From Eledone cirrhosa (Eukaryota), in assembly GCA_964016885.1 (NCBI GenBank), contig OZ024743.1, positions 139,810,001 to 139,874,000 on the forward strand: 64,000 bases of DNA, in the 5' to 3' direction. Below the pieces are notes generated by a model that saw only the letters and a list, made by a program, of their open reading frames with translations, ran no database searches and was not told the DNA's origin. Position 1 is the first letter of the stretch; each line of letters opens with the position of its first letter. The position numbers and the translations under genes were made by a program. Shown one piece after another: positions 1-16,300 of the stretch.

Positions 1-1629
1 ACCAAACACCAAACACCAAACACCAAGCACCAAGCACCAAACACCAAACACCAAGCACCAAGCACCAAGCACAAATTAGCAAACACCAAGCACCAAGGAC
101 CAAACATCAAACACCAAGCACAAAGCACCGAACACCAAGCACCAAACACCAAGCACCAAACACCAAGCATCAAACACCAAGCACCAGGCACCAAGCACCA
201 AACACCAAGCACCATGCACCAAACACCAAGCACCAAGCACGAAGCACCAAACACCAAGCACCAAACACCAAACACTTAACACCAAGCACCAAGCACCAAG
301 CACCAAACACCAAGCACCAAACACCAAACACCAAGCACCAAGTATCAAACACCAAGCACCAAGCACCAAACACCAAGCAGCAAGCACCAATCACCAAACA
401 CCAAGAACCAAGCACCAAACACCAACTACCAAGCACCAAGTACATACACCAAGCACCAAACACCAAACACAAAACACCAAGCACCAAACACCGCGCACCA
501 AACACCAGATACCAAGCACCAAGCACCAAACACCAAACACCAAGCACCAAGCAGCAAACACCAAACAACAAGCACCAGGCACAAAGCACCATACACCACA
601 CACCAAGCAGCAAGCACCAAACACCAAACACCAAGCACGCAGCATCAAACACCAAGCACCAAGCACCAAGCACCAAGCAACAAACACCAAGCACCAAGCA
701 CCAAGTACCAAACACCAACCATCAAGCACCAAACACAAAACACCAAGCACCAAGCACCAAGCACGAAACACCAGGCACCAAGCACCAAGCACCAAACACC
801 AAGCACCAAACACCAAACACCAAGCACCAAGTATCAAACACCAAGCACCAACCACCAAACACCAAGCAGCAAGCACCAATCACCAAACACCAAGAACCAA
901 GCACCAAACACCAACCACCAAGCACCAAGTACATACACCAAGCACCAAACACCAAACACAAAACACCAAGCACCAAGCACCAAGCACCAAACACCAAGCC
1001 CCAAGCACCAAGCACCAAACACCAAACACCAAGCACCAAGCACCAAACACCAAGCACCAAGCACCAAACACCAAGCACCAAGCACCAAGGACCCAACATG
1101 AAACACCAAGCCCCAAGCACCAAACACCAAACAGCAAGCACCAAGCACCAAACACCCAGCACCAAGCACCAAGCCCCTAGCACCAAACACCAAACACCAA
1201 GCACCAAGCACAAAACACTAAGCACCAATCACCAAGCACCAAACACCAAGCAGCAAGCAGCAAGCACCAAACACCAAAACCAAGCACCAAGCACCAAACA
1301 CCAAACACCAAGCACCAAGCACTAAACATCAAACACCAAGCACCAAGCACCAAACACCTAACACCAAGAACGAAGCACCAAGCACGATGCACCAAACACC
1401 AAGCACCAATCACCAAACACCAAGCACCAAGCACCAAACACCAAGCACCAGGCACCAAGCACCAAACACCAAGCACCAAGCACCAAACACCAAGCACCAA
1501 GACCGAAGCAGCAAACACCAAGCACCAAACACCAAGCACCAAACACCAAACACAAAACACCAAGCACCAAGCAGCAAGCACCAAACACCAAACACCAAGC
1601 ACCAAGCACCAGACACCAAACACCAAGCA

Positions 1630-4600
1630 CCAAGGACCAAACATCAAACACCAAGCACCAAGCACCAAACACCTAACACCAAGCACCAAGCACCAAGCCC
1701 CAAACACCAAGCACCAAGCAAAAAAAAAAAGCACCAAGCACCAAGCACCAAACACCAAGCACCAAGCACCAAACACCAAACCCCAAGCACCAAACACCAA
1801 ACCGCAGCACCAAGCACCAAACACTAATCACCAAGCACCAAGCACCAAGCACCAAGCATCAAACACCAAACACCAAGCACCAAGCACCAAACACCAAGCA
1901 CCAAGCAGCAAACACCAAACAACAAGCACCAGGCACAAAGCACCATACACCAAACACCAAGCAGCAAGCACCAAACACCAAACACCAAGCACGCAGCATC
2001 AAACACCAAGCACCAAGCACCAAACACCAAGCACCAAACACCAAACACCAAGCACCAAGCACCAAACTCCAAACAACAAGCACCAGGCACCAAGCACCAA
2101 ACACCAAGCACCAAGCACCAAACACCAAACACCAAGCACGCAGCATCAAACACCAAACAGCAAGCACCAATCACCAAGCACCAAGTACCAAACACCAACC
2201 ACCAAGCACCAAACACCAAACACCAAGCACCAAGCACCAAACAGCAAGCACCAAGCACCAAGCACCAAGCACAAATTAGCAAACACCAAGCACCAAGGAC
2301 CAAACATCAAACACCAAGCACCAAGCACCAAACACCAAACACCAATCACCAAGCACCAAGCACAAAGCACCGAACACCAAGCACCAAACACCAAGCACCA
2401 AACACCAAGCATCAAACACCAAGCACCAGGCACCAAGCACCAAACACCAAGCACCATGCACCAAACACCAAGCACCAAGCACGAAGCACCAAACACCAAG
2501 CACCAAACACCAAACACTTAACACCAAGCACCAAGCACCAAGCACCAAACACCAAGCACCAAACACCAAACACCAAGCACCAAGTATCAAACACCAAGCA
2601 CCAAGCACCAAACACCAAGCAGCAAGCACCAATCACCAAACACCAAGAACCAAGCACCAAACACCAACTACCAAGCACCAAGTACATACACCAAGCACCA
2701 AACACCAAACACAAAACACCAAGCACCAAACACCGAGCACCAAACACCAGATACCAAGCACCAAGCACCAAACACCAAACACCAAGCACCAAGCAGCAAA
2801 CACCAAACAACAAGCACCAGGCACAAAGCACCATACACCAAACACCAAGCAGCAAGCACCAAACACCAAACACCAAGCACGCAGCATCAAACACCAAGCA
2901 CCAAGCACCAAGCACCAAGCAACAAACACCAAGGACCAAGCACCAAGTACCAAACACCAACCATCAAGCACCAAACACAAAACACCAAGCACCAAGCACC
3001 AAGCACGAAACACCAGGCACCAAGCACCAAGCACCAAACACCAAGCACCAAACACCAAACACCAAGCACCAAGTATCAAACACCAAGCACCAACCACCAA
3101 ACACCAAGCAGCAAGCACCAATCACCAAACACCAAGAACCAAGCACCAAACACCAACCACCAAGCACCAAGTACATACACCAAGCACCAAACACCAAACA
3201 CAAAACACCAAGCACCAAGCACCAAGCACCAAACACCAAGCCCCAAGCACCAAGCACCAAACGCCAAACACCAAGCACCAAGCACCAAACACCAAACACC
3301 AAGCACCAAGCACCAAACACCAAGCACCAAGCACCAAGGACCCAACATGAAACACCAAGCCCCAAGCACCAAACACCAAACAGCAAGCACCAAGCACCAA
3401 ACACCCAGCACCAAGCACCAAGCCCCTAGCACCAAACACCAAACACCAAGCACCAAGCACAAAACACTAAGCACCAATCACCAAGCACCAAACACCAAGC
3501 AGCAAGCAGCAAGCACCAAACACCAAACCAAGCACCAAGCAGCAAGCACCAAACACCAAACACCAGGCACCAAGCACCAAACACCAAACACCAAGCACCA
3601 AGGACCAAACATCAAACACCAAGCACCAAGCACCAAACACCTAACACCAAGCACCAAGCACCAAGCCCCAAACACCAAGCACCAAGCAAAAAAAAAAAGC
3701 ACCAAGCACCAAACACCAAGCACCAAGCACCAGACACCAAACCCCAAGCACCAAACACCAAACCCCAAGCACCAAGCATCAAACACCAAACACCAAGCAC
3801 CAAGCACCAAACAGCAAGCACCAAGCAGCAAACAGCAAAAAACAAGCACCAGGCACAAAGCACCATACACCAAACACCAAGCAGCAAGCACCAAACACCA
3901 AACACCAAGCACGCAGCATCAAACACCAAGCACCAAGCACCAAGCACCAAGCAACAAACACCAAGCACCAAGCACCAAGTACCAAACACCAACCACCAAG
4001 CACCAAACACCAAACAACAAGCACCAAGCACCAAGCACGAAACACCAGGCACCAAGCACCAAGCACCAAACACCAAACACCAAGCACCAAACACCAAGCA
4101 CCAGGCACCAAGCACCAAACACCAAGCACCAAGCACCAAACACCAAACACCAAACACCAAGCACCAAGCACCAAACAGCAAGCACCAAACACCAAACAAC
4201 AAACACCAAACACCAGATACCAAGCACCAAGCAGCAAGCACCAAACACCAAACACCAAGCACCAAGCACCAGACACCAAACACCAAGCACCAAGGACCAA
4301 ACATCAAACACCAAGCACCAAGCACCAAACACCTAACACCAAGCACCAAGCACCAAGCCCCAAACACCAAGCACCAAGCAAAAAAAAAAAGCACCAAGCA
4401 CCACGCACCAAACACCAAGCACCAAGCACCAAACACCAAACCCCAAGCACCAAACACCAAACCGCAGCACCAAGCACCAAACACTAATCACCAAGCACCA
4501 AGCACCAAGCACCAAGCATCAAACACCAAACACCAAGCACCAAGCACCAAACACCAAGCACCAAGCAGCAAACACCAAACAACAAGCACCAGGCACAAAG

Positions 4601-4890
4601 CACCATACACCAAACACCCAGCAGCAAGCACCAAACACCAAACACCAAGCACGCAGCATCAAACACCAAGCACCAAGCACCAAACACCAAGCACCAAACA
4701 CCAAACACCAAGCACCAAGCACCAAACTCCAAACAACAAGCACCAGGCACCAAGCACCAAACACCAAGCACCAAGCACCAAACACCAAACACCAAGCACG
4801 CAGCATCAAACACCAAACAGCAAGCACCAATCACCAAGCACCAAGTACCAAACACCAACCACCAAGCACCAAACACCAAACACCAAGCAC
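1630..4890. repeat. Dispersed duplicate of about 0.6 kb at 2660-bp offset (about 1630-2230 vs about 4290-4890)
   Basis: ORFs 1673..1855/4333..4515 and 1859..2170/4519..4830 are offset by 2660 (380 monomers). Both copies share the CCGCAG 6-mer and the A11 tract. Confidence 0.85.
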
Positions 4891-7800
4891 CAAGCACCAA
4901 GCACGAAACACCAGGCACCAAGCACCAAGCACCAAACACCAAACACCAAGCACCAAACACCAGCCACCAAGCACCAAGCACCAAACACCAAACACCAAGC
5001 ACTAAGCACCAAACACCAAACAACAAGCAGCAGGCACCAAGCACCAAACACCAAACACCAAGCACGCAGCACCAAACACCAAGCACCAAGCACCAAACAC
5101 CAAACACCAAGCACCAAGCACCAAGCACCAAACACCAAACACCAAACACGAAGCACCAAGAACCAAACACCAAACACCAATCAGCAAGCACCAAGCACCA
5201 AACACCAAGCACCAAACACCAAACCCCAAGCACCATTCACCAAACACTAATCACCAAGCACCAAGCACCAAACACCAAGCACCAAGCAGCAAGCACCAAA
5301 CACCAAGAACCAAGCACCAAGCACCAAGCACCAAGCACCAAACACCAAGCACCAAGCACCAAACACCAAACTCCAAACACCAAGCACCAAGCACCAAACA
5401 GCAAGCACCAATCACCAAGCACCAAACACCAAGCACCAAACACCAAGCCCCACGCACCAAGCACCAAACACCAAACACCAAGCACCAAACACCAAGCACC
5501 AAGCACCAAGCCCCTAGCACCAAACACCAAACACCAAGCAAAAAGCACAAAACACCAAGCACCAATCACCAAGCTCCAAACACCAAGCAGCAAGCAGCAA
5601 GCACCAAACACCAAACACCAAGCAGCAAACACCAAATACCAAACACCAAGCACCAAGGACCAAACATCAAACACCAAGCACCAAGCACCAAGCACAAAGC
5701 ACCAAACACCAAGCACCAATCACCAAACACCAAGCACCAAGCACCAAACACCAAGCACCAGGCACCAAGCACCAAACACCAAGCACCAAGCACCAAACAC
5801 CAAGCACCAAACTCAAAGCACCAAGCACCAAACACCAAACACCAAGCACCAAGCACCAAACAGCAAGCACCAAACACCAAACAACAAACAGCAAACGCCA
5901 AACACCAAGCACCAAACACCAAGCACCAAACACCAAGCACCAAGCACCAAGCACAAATTAGCAAACACCAAGCACCAAGGACCAAACATCAAACACCAAG
6001 CACCAAGCACCAAACACCAAACACCAATCACCAAGCACCAAGCACAAAGCACCGAACACCAAGCACCAAACACCAAGCACCAAACACCAAGCATCAAACA
6101 CCAAGCACCAGGCACCAAGCACCAAACACCAAGCACCATGCACCAAACACCAAGCACCAAGCACGAATCACCAAACACCAAGCACCAAACACCAAACACT
6201 TAACACCAAGCACCAAGCACCAAGCACCAAACACCAAGCACCAAACACCAAACACCAAGCACCAAGTATCAAACACCAAGCACCAAGCACCAAACACCAA
6301 GCAGCAAGCACCAATCACCAAACACCAAGAACCAAGCACCAAACACCAACTACCAAGCACCAAGTACATACACCAAGCACCAAACACCAAACACAAAACA
6401 CCAAGCACCAAACACCGAGCACCAAACACCAGATACCAAGCACCTAGCACCAAACACCAAACACCAAGCACCAAGCAGCAAACACCAAACAACAAGCACC
6501 AGGCACAAAGCACCATACACCAAACACCAAGCAGCAAGCACCAAACACCAAACACCAAGCACGCAGCATCAAACACCAAGCACCAAGCACCAAGCACCAA
6601 GCAACAAACACCAAGCACCAAGCACCAAGTACCAAACACCAACCATCAAGCACCAAACACAAAACACCAAGCACCAAGCACCAAGCACGAAACACCAGGC
6701 ACCAAGCACCAAGCACCAAACACCAAGCACCAAACACCAAACACCAAGCACCAAGTATCAAACACCAAGCACCAAGCACCAAACACCAAGCAGCAAGCAC
6801 CAATCACCAAACACCAAGAACCAAGCACCAAACACCAACCACCAAGCACCAAGTACATACACCAAGCACCAAACACCAAACACAAAACACCAAGCACCAA
6901 GCACCAAGCACCAAACACCAAGCCCCAAGCACCAAGCAACAAACACCAAACACCAAGCACCAAGCACCAAACACCAAGCACCAAGCACCAATCACAAAGA
7001 ATGAAACAACAAGCAGCAAGCAGCAAGCACCAAACACCAAACACCAAGCACCAAACACCAAGCACCAAGCACCAAGGACCCAACATGAAACACCAAGCCC
7101 CAAGCACCAAACACCAAACACCAAGCAACAACAACAAGCACCAAGCACCGAACACCAAGCCCCAAACACCAGGCACCAAACACCAGGCACCAAACACCAA
7201 ACACTAAGTCCCACGCACCAAGCACCAAACACCAAACAGCAACCACCAAGCACCAAACACCAAGCACCAAGCACCAAGCCCCTAGCACCAAACACCAAAC
7301 ACCAAGCACCAAGCACAAAACACTAAGCACCAATCACCAAGCACCAAACACCAAGCAGCAAGCAGCAAGCACCAAACACCAAAACCAAGCACCAAGCACC
7401 AAACACCAAACACCAAGCACCAAGCACTAAACATCAAACACCAAGCACTAAGCACCAAACACCTAACACCAAGCACCAAGCACCAAGCACGAAGCACCAA
7501 ACACCAAGCACCAATCACCAAACACCAAGCACCAAGCACCAAACACCAAGCACCAGGCACCAAGCACCAAACACCAAGCACCAAGCACCAAACACCAAGC
7601 ACCAAGACCGAAGCACCAAACACCAAGCACCAAACACCAAGCACCAAACACCAAACACAAAACACCAAGCACCAAGCAGCAAGCACCAAACACCAAACAC
7701 CAGGCACCAAGCACCAAACACCAAACACCAAGCACCAAGGACCAAACATCAAACACCAAGCACCAAGCACCAAACACCTAACACCAAGCACCAAGCACCA

Positions 7801-10800
7801 AGCCCCAAACACCAAGCACCAAGCAAAAAAAAAAAGCACCAAGCACCAAACACCAAGCACCAAGCACCAAACACCAAACCCCAAGCACCAAACACCAAAC
7901 CCCAAGCACCAAGCATCAAACACCAAACACCAAGCACCAAGCACCAAACACCAAGCACCAAGCAGCAAACAGCAAACAACAAGCACCAGGCACAAAGCAC
8001 CATACACCAAACACCAAGCAGCAAGCACCAAACACCAAACACCAAGCACGCAGCATCAAACACCAAGCACCAAGCACCAAGCACCAAGCAACAAACACCA
8101 AGCACCAAGCACCAAGTACCAAACACCAACCACCAAGCACCAAACACCAAACACCAAGCACCAAGCACCAAGCACGAAACACCAGGCACCAAGCACCAAG
8201 CACCAAACACCAAACACCAAGCACCAAACACCAAGCACCAGGCACCAAGCACCAAACACCAAGCACCAAGCACCAAACACCAAACACCAAACACCAAGCA
8301 CCAAGCACCAAACAGCAAGCACCAAACACCAAACAACAAACAGCAAACGCCAAACACCAAGCACCAAGCACCAAGCACCAAACACCAAGCACCAAGCACC
8401 AAGCACAAATTAGCAAACACCAAGCACCAAGGACCAAACATCAAACACCAAGCACCAAGCACCAAACACCAAACACCAATCACCAAGCACCAAGCACAAA
8501 GCACCGAACACCAAGCACCAAACACCAAGCACCAAACACCAAGCATCAAACACCAAGCACCAGGCACCAAGCACCAAACACCAAGCACCATGCACCAAAC
8601 ACCAAGCACCAAGCACGAAGCACCAAACACCAAGCACCAAACACCAAACACTTAACACCAAGCACCAAGCACCAAGCACCAAACACCAATCACCAAACAC
8701 CAAACACCAAGCACCAAGTATCAAACACCAAGCACCAAGCACCAAACACCAAGCAGCAAGCACCAATCACCAAACACCAAGAACCAAGCACCAAACACCA
8801 ACTACCAAGCACCAAGTACATACACCAAGCACCAAACACCAAACACAAAACACCAAGCACCAAACACCGAGCACCAAACACCAGATACCAAGCACCAAGC
8901 ACCAAACACCAAACACCAAGCACCAAGCAGCAAACACCAAACAACAAGCACCAGGCACAAAGCACCATACACCAAACACCAAGCAGCAAGCACCAAACAC
9001 CAAACACCAAGCACGCAGCATCAAACACCAAGCACCAAGCACCAAGCACCAAGCAACAAACACCAAGCACCAAGCACCAAGTACCAAACACCAACCATCA
9101 AGCACCAAACACAAAACACCAAGCACCAAGCACCAAGCACGAAACACCAGGCACCAAGCACCAAGCCCCAAACACCAAGCACCAGACACCAAACACCAAG
9201 CACCAAGTATCAAACACCAAGCACCAACCACCAAACACCAAGCAGCAAGCACCAATCACCAAACACCAAGAACCAAGCACCAAACACCAACCACCAAGCA
9301 CCAAGTACATACACCAAGCACCAAACACCAAGCCCCAAGCACCAAGCACCAAACACCAAACACCAAGCACCAAGCACCAAACACCAAGCACCAAGCACCA
9401 AACACCAAGCACCAAGCACCAAGGACCCAACATGAAACACCAAGCCCCAAGCACCAAACACCAAACAGCAAGCACCAAGCACCAAACACCCAGCACCAAG
9501 CACCAAGCCCCTAGCACCAAACACCAAACACCAAGCACCAAGCACAAAACACTAAGCACCAATCACCAAGCACCAAACACCAAGCAGCAAGCAGCAAGCA
9601 CCAAACACCAAAACCAAGCACCAAGCACCAAATACCAAACACCAAGCACCAAGCACTAAACATCAAACACCAAGCACCAAGCACCAAACACCTAACACCA
9701 AGCACGAAGCACCAAGCACGATGCACCAAACACCAAGCACCAATCACCAAACACCAAGCACCAAGCACCAAACACCAAGCACCAGGCACCAAGCACCAAA
9801 CACCAAGCACCAAGCACCAAACACCAAGCACCAAGACCGAAGCAGCAAACACCAAGCACCAAACACCAAGCACCAAACACCAAACACAAAACACCAAGCA
9901 CCAAGCAGCAAGCACCAAACACCAAACACCAAGCACCAAGCACCAGACACCAAACACCAAGCACCAAGGATCAAACATCAAACACCAAGCACCAAGCACC
10001 AAACACCTAACACCAAGCACCAAGCACCAAGCCCCAAACACCAAGCACCAAGCAAAAAAAAATAGCACCAAGCACCAAGCACCAAACACCAAGCACCAAG
10101 CACCAAACACCAAACACCAAGCACCAAGCACCAAACACCTAACACCAAGCACGAAGCACCAAGCACGATGCACCAAACACCAAGCACCAATCACCAAACA
10201 CCAAGCACCAAGCACCAAACACCAAGCACCAGGCACCAAGCACCAAACACCAAGCACCAAGCACCAAACACCAAGCACCAAGACCGAAGCAGCAAACACC
10301 AAGCACCAAACACCAAGCACCAAACACCAAACACAAAACACCAAGCACCAAGCAGCAAGCACCAAACACCAAACACCAAGCACCAAGCACCAGACACCAA
10401 ACACCAAGCACCAAGGATCAAACATCAAACACCAAGCACCAAGCACCAAACACCTAACACCAAGCACCAAGCACCAAGCCCCAAACACCAAGCACCAAGC
10501 AAAAAAAAATAGCACCAAGCACCAAGCACCAAACACCAAGCACCAAGCACCAAACACCAAACCCCAAGCACCAAACACCAAACCGCAAGCACCAAGCACC
10601 AAACACTAATCACCAAGCACCAAGCACCAAGCATCAAACACCAAACACCAAGCACCAAGCACCAAACACCAAGCACCAAGCAGCAAACACCAAACAACAA
10701 GCACCAGGCACAAAGCACCATACACCAAACACCAAGCAGCAAGCACCAAACACCAAACACCAAGCACGCAGCATCAAACACCAAGCACCAAGCACCAAGC

Positions 10801-13300
10801 ACCAAGCACCAAACACCAAACACCAAGCACCAAGCACCAAACTCCAAACTACAAGCACCAGGCACCAAGCACCAAACACCAAGCACCAAGCACCAAACAC
10901 CAAACACCAAGCACGCAGCATCAAACACCAAACAGCAAGCACCAATCACCAAGCACCAAGTACCAAACACCAACCACCAAGCACGAAACACCAAACACCA
11001 AGCACCAAGCACCAAGCACGAAACACCAGGCACCAAGCACCAAGCACCAAACACCAAACACCAAGCACCAAACACCAGCCACCAAGCACCAAGCACCAAA
11101 CACCAAACACCAAGCACTAAGCACCAAACACCAAACAACAAGCAGCAGGCACCAAGCACCAAACACCAAACACCAAGCACGCAGCACCAAACACCAAGCA
11201 CCAAGCACCAAACACCAAACACCAAGCACCAAGCACCAAGCACCAAACACCAAACACCAAACACCAAGCACCAAGAACCAAACACCAAACACCAATCAGC
11301 AAGCACCAAGCACCAAACACCAAGCACCAAACACCAAACCCCAAGCACCATTCACCAAACACTAATCACCAAGCACCAAATACCAAACACCAAGCACCAA
11401 GCAGCAAGCACCAAACACCAAGAACCAAGCACCAAGCACCAAGCACCAAGCACCAAACACCAAGCACCAAGCACCAAACACCAAACACCAAACACCAAGC
11501 ACCAAGCACCAAACAGCAAGCACCAATCACCAAGCACCAAACACCAAGCACCAAACACCAAGCCCCACGCACCAAGCACCAAACACCAAACACCAAGCAC
11601 CAAACACCAAGCACCAAGCACCAAGCCCCTAGCACCAAACACCAAACACCAAGCAAAAAGCACAAAACACCAAGCACCAATCACCAAGCACCAAACACCA
11701 AGCAGCAAGCAGCAAGCACCAAACACCAAACACCAAGCACCAAACACCAAATACCAAACACCAAGCACCAAGGACCAAACATCAAACACCAAGCACCAAG
11801 CACCAAGCACCAAGCACCAAACACCAAGCACCAATCACCAAACACCAAGCACCAAGCACCAAACACCAAGCACCAGGCACCAAGCACCAAACACCAAGCA
11901 CCAAGCACCAAACACCAAGAACCAAACTCAAAGCACCAAGCACCAAACTCCAAACACCAAGCACCAAGCACCAAACAGCAAGCACCAAACACCAAACAAC
12001 AAACAGCAAACGCCAAACACCAAGCACCAAGCACCAAGCACCAAACACCAAGCACCAAGCACCAAGCACAAATTAGCAAACACCAAGCACCAAGGACCAA
12101 ACATCAAACACCAAGCACCAAGCACCAAACACCAAACACCAATCACCAAGCACCAAGCACAAAGCACCGAACACCAAGCACCAAACACCAAGCACCAAAC
12201 ACCAAGCATCAAACACCAAGCACCAGGCACCAAGCACCAAACACCAAGCACCATGCACCAAACACCAAGCACCAAGCACGAAGCACCAAACACCAAGCAC
12301 CAAACACCAAACACTTAACACCAAGCACCAAGCACCAAGCACCAAACACCAAGCACCAAACACCAAACACCAAGCACCAAGTATCAAACACCAAGCACCA
12401 AGCACCAAACACCAAGCAGCAAGCACCAATCACCAAACACCAAGAACCAAGCACCAAACACCAACTACCAAGCACCAAGTACATACACCAAGCACCAAAC
12501 ACCAAACACAAAACACCAAGCACCAAACACCGAGCACCAAACACCAGATACCAAGCACCAAGCACCAAACACCAAACACCAAGCACCAAGCAGCAAACAC
12601 CAAACAACAAGCACCAGGCACAAAGCACCATACACCAAACACCAAGCAGCAAGCACCAAACACCAAACACCAAGCACGCAGCATCAAACACCAAGCACCA
12701 AGCACCAAGCACCAAGCAACAAACACCAAGCACCAAGCACCAAGTACCAAACACCAACCATCAAGCACCAAACACAAAACACCAATCACCAAGCACCAAG
12801 CACGAAACACCAGGCACCAAGCACCAAGCACCAAACACCAAGCACCAAACACCAAACACCAAGCACCAAGTATCAAACACCAAGCACCAACCACCAAACA
12901 CCAAGCAGCAAGCACCAATCACCAAACACCAAGAACCAAGCACCAAATACCAACCACCAAGCACCAAGTACATACACCAAGCACCAAACACCAAACACAA
13001 AACACCAAGCACCAAGCACCAAGCACCAAACACCAAGCCCCAAGCACCAAGCACCAAACACCAAACACCAAGCACCAAGCACCAAACACCAAGCACCAAG
13101 CACCAAACACCAAGCACCAAGCACCAAGGACCCAACATGAAACACCAAGCCCCAAGCACCAAACACCAAACAGCAAGCACCAAGCAGCAAACACCCAGCA
13201 CCAAGCACCAAGCCCCTAGCACCAAACACCAAACACCAAGCACCAAGCACAAAACACTAAGCACCAATCACCAAGCACCAAACACCAAGCAGCAAGCAAC
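2271..13300. repeat. About 6.1-kb super-repeat (two imperfect copies)
   Basis: ORF pairs 4806..5180/10921..11295, 5237..5719/11352..11834, 5813..6199/11928..12314 and 6094..6642/12209..12757 are offset by 6115; 2276..2632/8410..8766 by 6134. Confidence 0.8.
9670..10560. repeat. 447-bp tandem duplication
   Basis: Identical ORFs 9721..10065/10168..10512 and 9692..9967/10139..10414. The two copies share private variants GGATCAAACATC and A9-T-A. Confidence 0.92.
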
Positions 13301-16300
13301 AAGCACCAAACACCAAAACCAAGCACCAAGCACCAAACACCAAACACCAAGCACCAAGCACTAAACATCAAACACCAAGCACCAAGCACCAAACACCTAA
13401 CACCAAGCACGAAGCACCAAGCACGATGCACCAAACACCAAGCACCAATCACCAAACACCAAGCACCAAGCACCAAACACCAAGCACCAGGCACCAAGCA
13501 CCAAACACCAAGCACCCAAGCACCAAGACCGAAGCAGCAAACACCAAGCACCAAACACCAAGCACCAAACACCAAACACAAAACACCAAGCACCAAGCAG
13601 CAAGCACCAAACACCAAACACCAAGCACCAAGCACCAGACACCAAACACCAAGCACCAAGGACCAAACATCAAACACCAAGCACCAAGCACCAAACACCT
13701 AACACCAAGCACCAAGCACCAAGCCCCAAACACCAAGCACCAGGCAAAAAAAAAAAGCACCAAGCCCAAAGCACCAAACACCAAGCACCAAGCACCAAAC
13801 ACCAAACCCCAAGCACCAAACACCAAACCGCAAGCACCAAGCACCAAACACTAATCACCAAGCACCAAGCACCAAGCACCAAGCATGAAACACCAAACAC
13901 CAAGCACCAAGCACCAAACACCAAGCACCAAGCAGCAAACACCAAACAACAAGCACCAGGCACAAAGCACCATACACCAAACACCAAGCAGCAAGCACCA
14001 AACACCAAACACCAAGCACGCAGCATCAAACACCAAGCACCAAGCACCAAGCACCAAGCACCAAACACCAAACACCAAGCACCAAGCACCAAACTCCAAA
14101 CAACAAGCACCAGGCACCAAGCACCAAACACCAAGCACCAAGCACCAAACACCAAACACCAAGCACGCAGCATCAAACACCAAACAGCAAGCACCAATCA
14201 CCAAGCACCAAGTACCAAACACCAACCACCAAGCACCAAACACCAAACACCAAGCACCAAGCACCAAGCACGAAACACCAGGCACCAAGCACCAAGCACC
14301 AAACACCAAACACCAAGCACCAAACACCAGCCACCAAGCACCAAGCACCAAACACCAAACACCAAGCACTAAGCACCAAACACCAAACAACAAGCAGCAG
14401 GCACCAAGCACCAAACACCAAACACCAAGCACGCAGCACCAAACACCAAGCACCAAGCACCAAACACCAAACACCAAGCACCAAGCACCAAGCACCAAAC
14501 ACCAAACACCAAACACCAAGCACCAAGAACCAAACACCAAACACCAATCAGCAAGCACCAAGCACCAAACACCAAGCACCAAACACCAAACCCCAAGCAC
14601 CATTCACCAAACACTAATCACCAAGCACCAAGCACCAAACAACAAGCACAAAGCACCAAGCACCAGGCACCAAGCACCAAGCACCAAACACTAACACCAA
14701 GCACCAAGCACCAAGCACCAAACACCAAGCACCAAGCACCAAGCACCAAACAGCAAGCACCAAGCACCAAACACCAAACACCAAGCACCAAACACCAAGC
14801 AGCAAGCACCAAGCACCAAGCACCAAACAATAAGCACCAAGCACCAAGCACCAAACACCAAGCCCCAAGCACCAAACACCAACCACCCAGCACCAAGCAC
14901 CAAGCACCAAACACCAAGCACCAAACACCAAACACCAAACACCAAGCACCAAGCACCAAGCACCAAACACCAAGCACCAAGCACTAAGCACCAAACACCA
15001 AGCCCCAAGCACCAAGCACCAAATACCAAGCACCAAACACCAAGCACCAAGCACCAAGCACCTAGCACCAAACACCAAACACCAATCACCAAGCACCAAA
15101 CACCAAGCAGCAAGCAGCAAGCACCAAACACCAAACACCAAGCACCAAGCACCAAACACCAAGCACCAAGGACCAAACATCAAACACCAAGCACCAAGCA
15201 CCAAACACCTAACACCAAGCACCAAGCACCAAGCACCAAGCACCGAACACCAAGCACATAACACCAAGCACCAAACACCAAGCACCAAGCACCAAACACC
15301 AAGCACCAAACACCAAGCACCAAGAACCAAGCCCCAAACACCAAGCACCAGGCACCAAGCACCAAACACCAAGCACCATGCACCAAGCACCATGCCCCAA
15401 ACACTTAACACCAAGCACCAAGCACCAAGCACCAAACACCAATCACCAAAAACCAAACACCCAGCACCAAGTACCAAACACCAAGCACCAAGCACCAAAC
15501 ACCAAGCACCAAGGACCAAACATCAAACGCCAAGCACCAAGCACCAAGCACCAAGCACCAAACACCAAGCACCAATCACCAAACACCAAGCACCAAGCAC
15601 CAAACACCAAGCACCAGGCACCAAGCACCAAACACCAAGCACCAAGCACCAAACACCAAGAACCAAACTCAAAGCACCAAGCACCAAACTCCAAACACCA
15701 AGCCCCAAGCACCAAACAGCAAGCACCAAACACCAAACAACAAACAGCAAACGCCAAACACCAAGCACCAAGCACCAAGCACCAAACACCAAGCACCAAG
15801 CACCAAGCACAAATTAGCAAACACCAAGCACCAAGGACCAAACATCAAACACCAAGCACCAAGCACCAAACACCAAACACCAATCACCAAGCACCAAGCA
15901 CAAAGCACCGAACACCAAGCACCAAACACCAAGCACCAAACACCAAGCATCAAACACCAAGCACCAGGCACCAAGCACCAAACACCAAGCACCATGCACC
16001 AAACACCAAGTACCAAGCACGAAGCACCAAACACCAAGCACCAAACACCAAACACTTAACACCAAGCACCAAGCACCAAGCACCAAACACCAAGCACCAA
16101 ACACCAAACACCAAGCACCAAGTATCAAACACCAAGCACCAAGCACCAAACACCAAGCAGCAAGCACCAATCACCAAACACCAAGAACCAAGCACCAAAC
16201 ACCAACTACCAAGCACCAAGTACATACACCAAGCACCAAACACCAAACACAAAACACCAAGCACCAAACACCGAGCACCAAACACCAGATACCAATCACC

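Noticed and set aside
1720-1730. A11 tracts as retrotransposon poly(A) tails or terminators
   Set aside because: There is no element body, recognisable target-site duplication or upstream hairpin. The tracts replace about two monomers and are propagated by HOR duplication.
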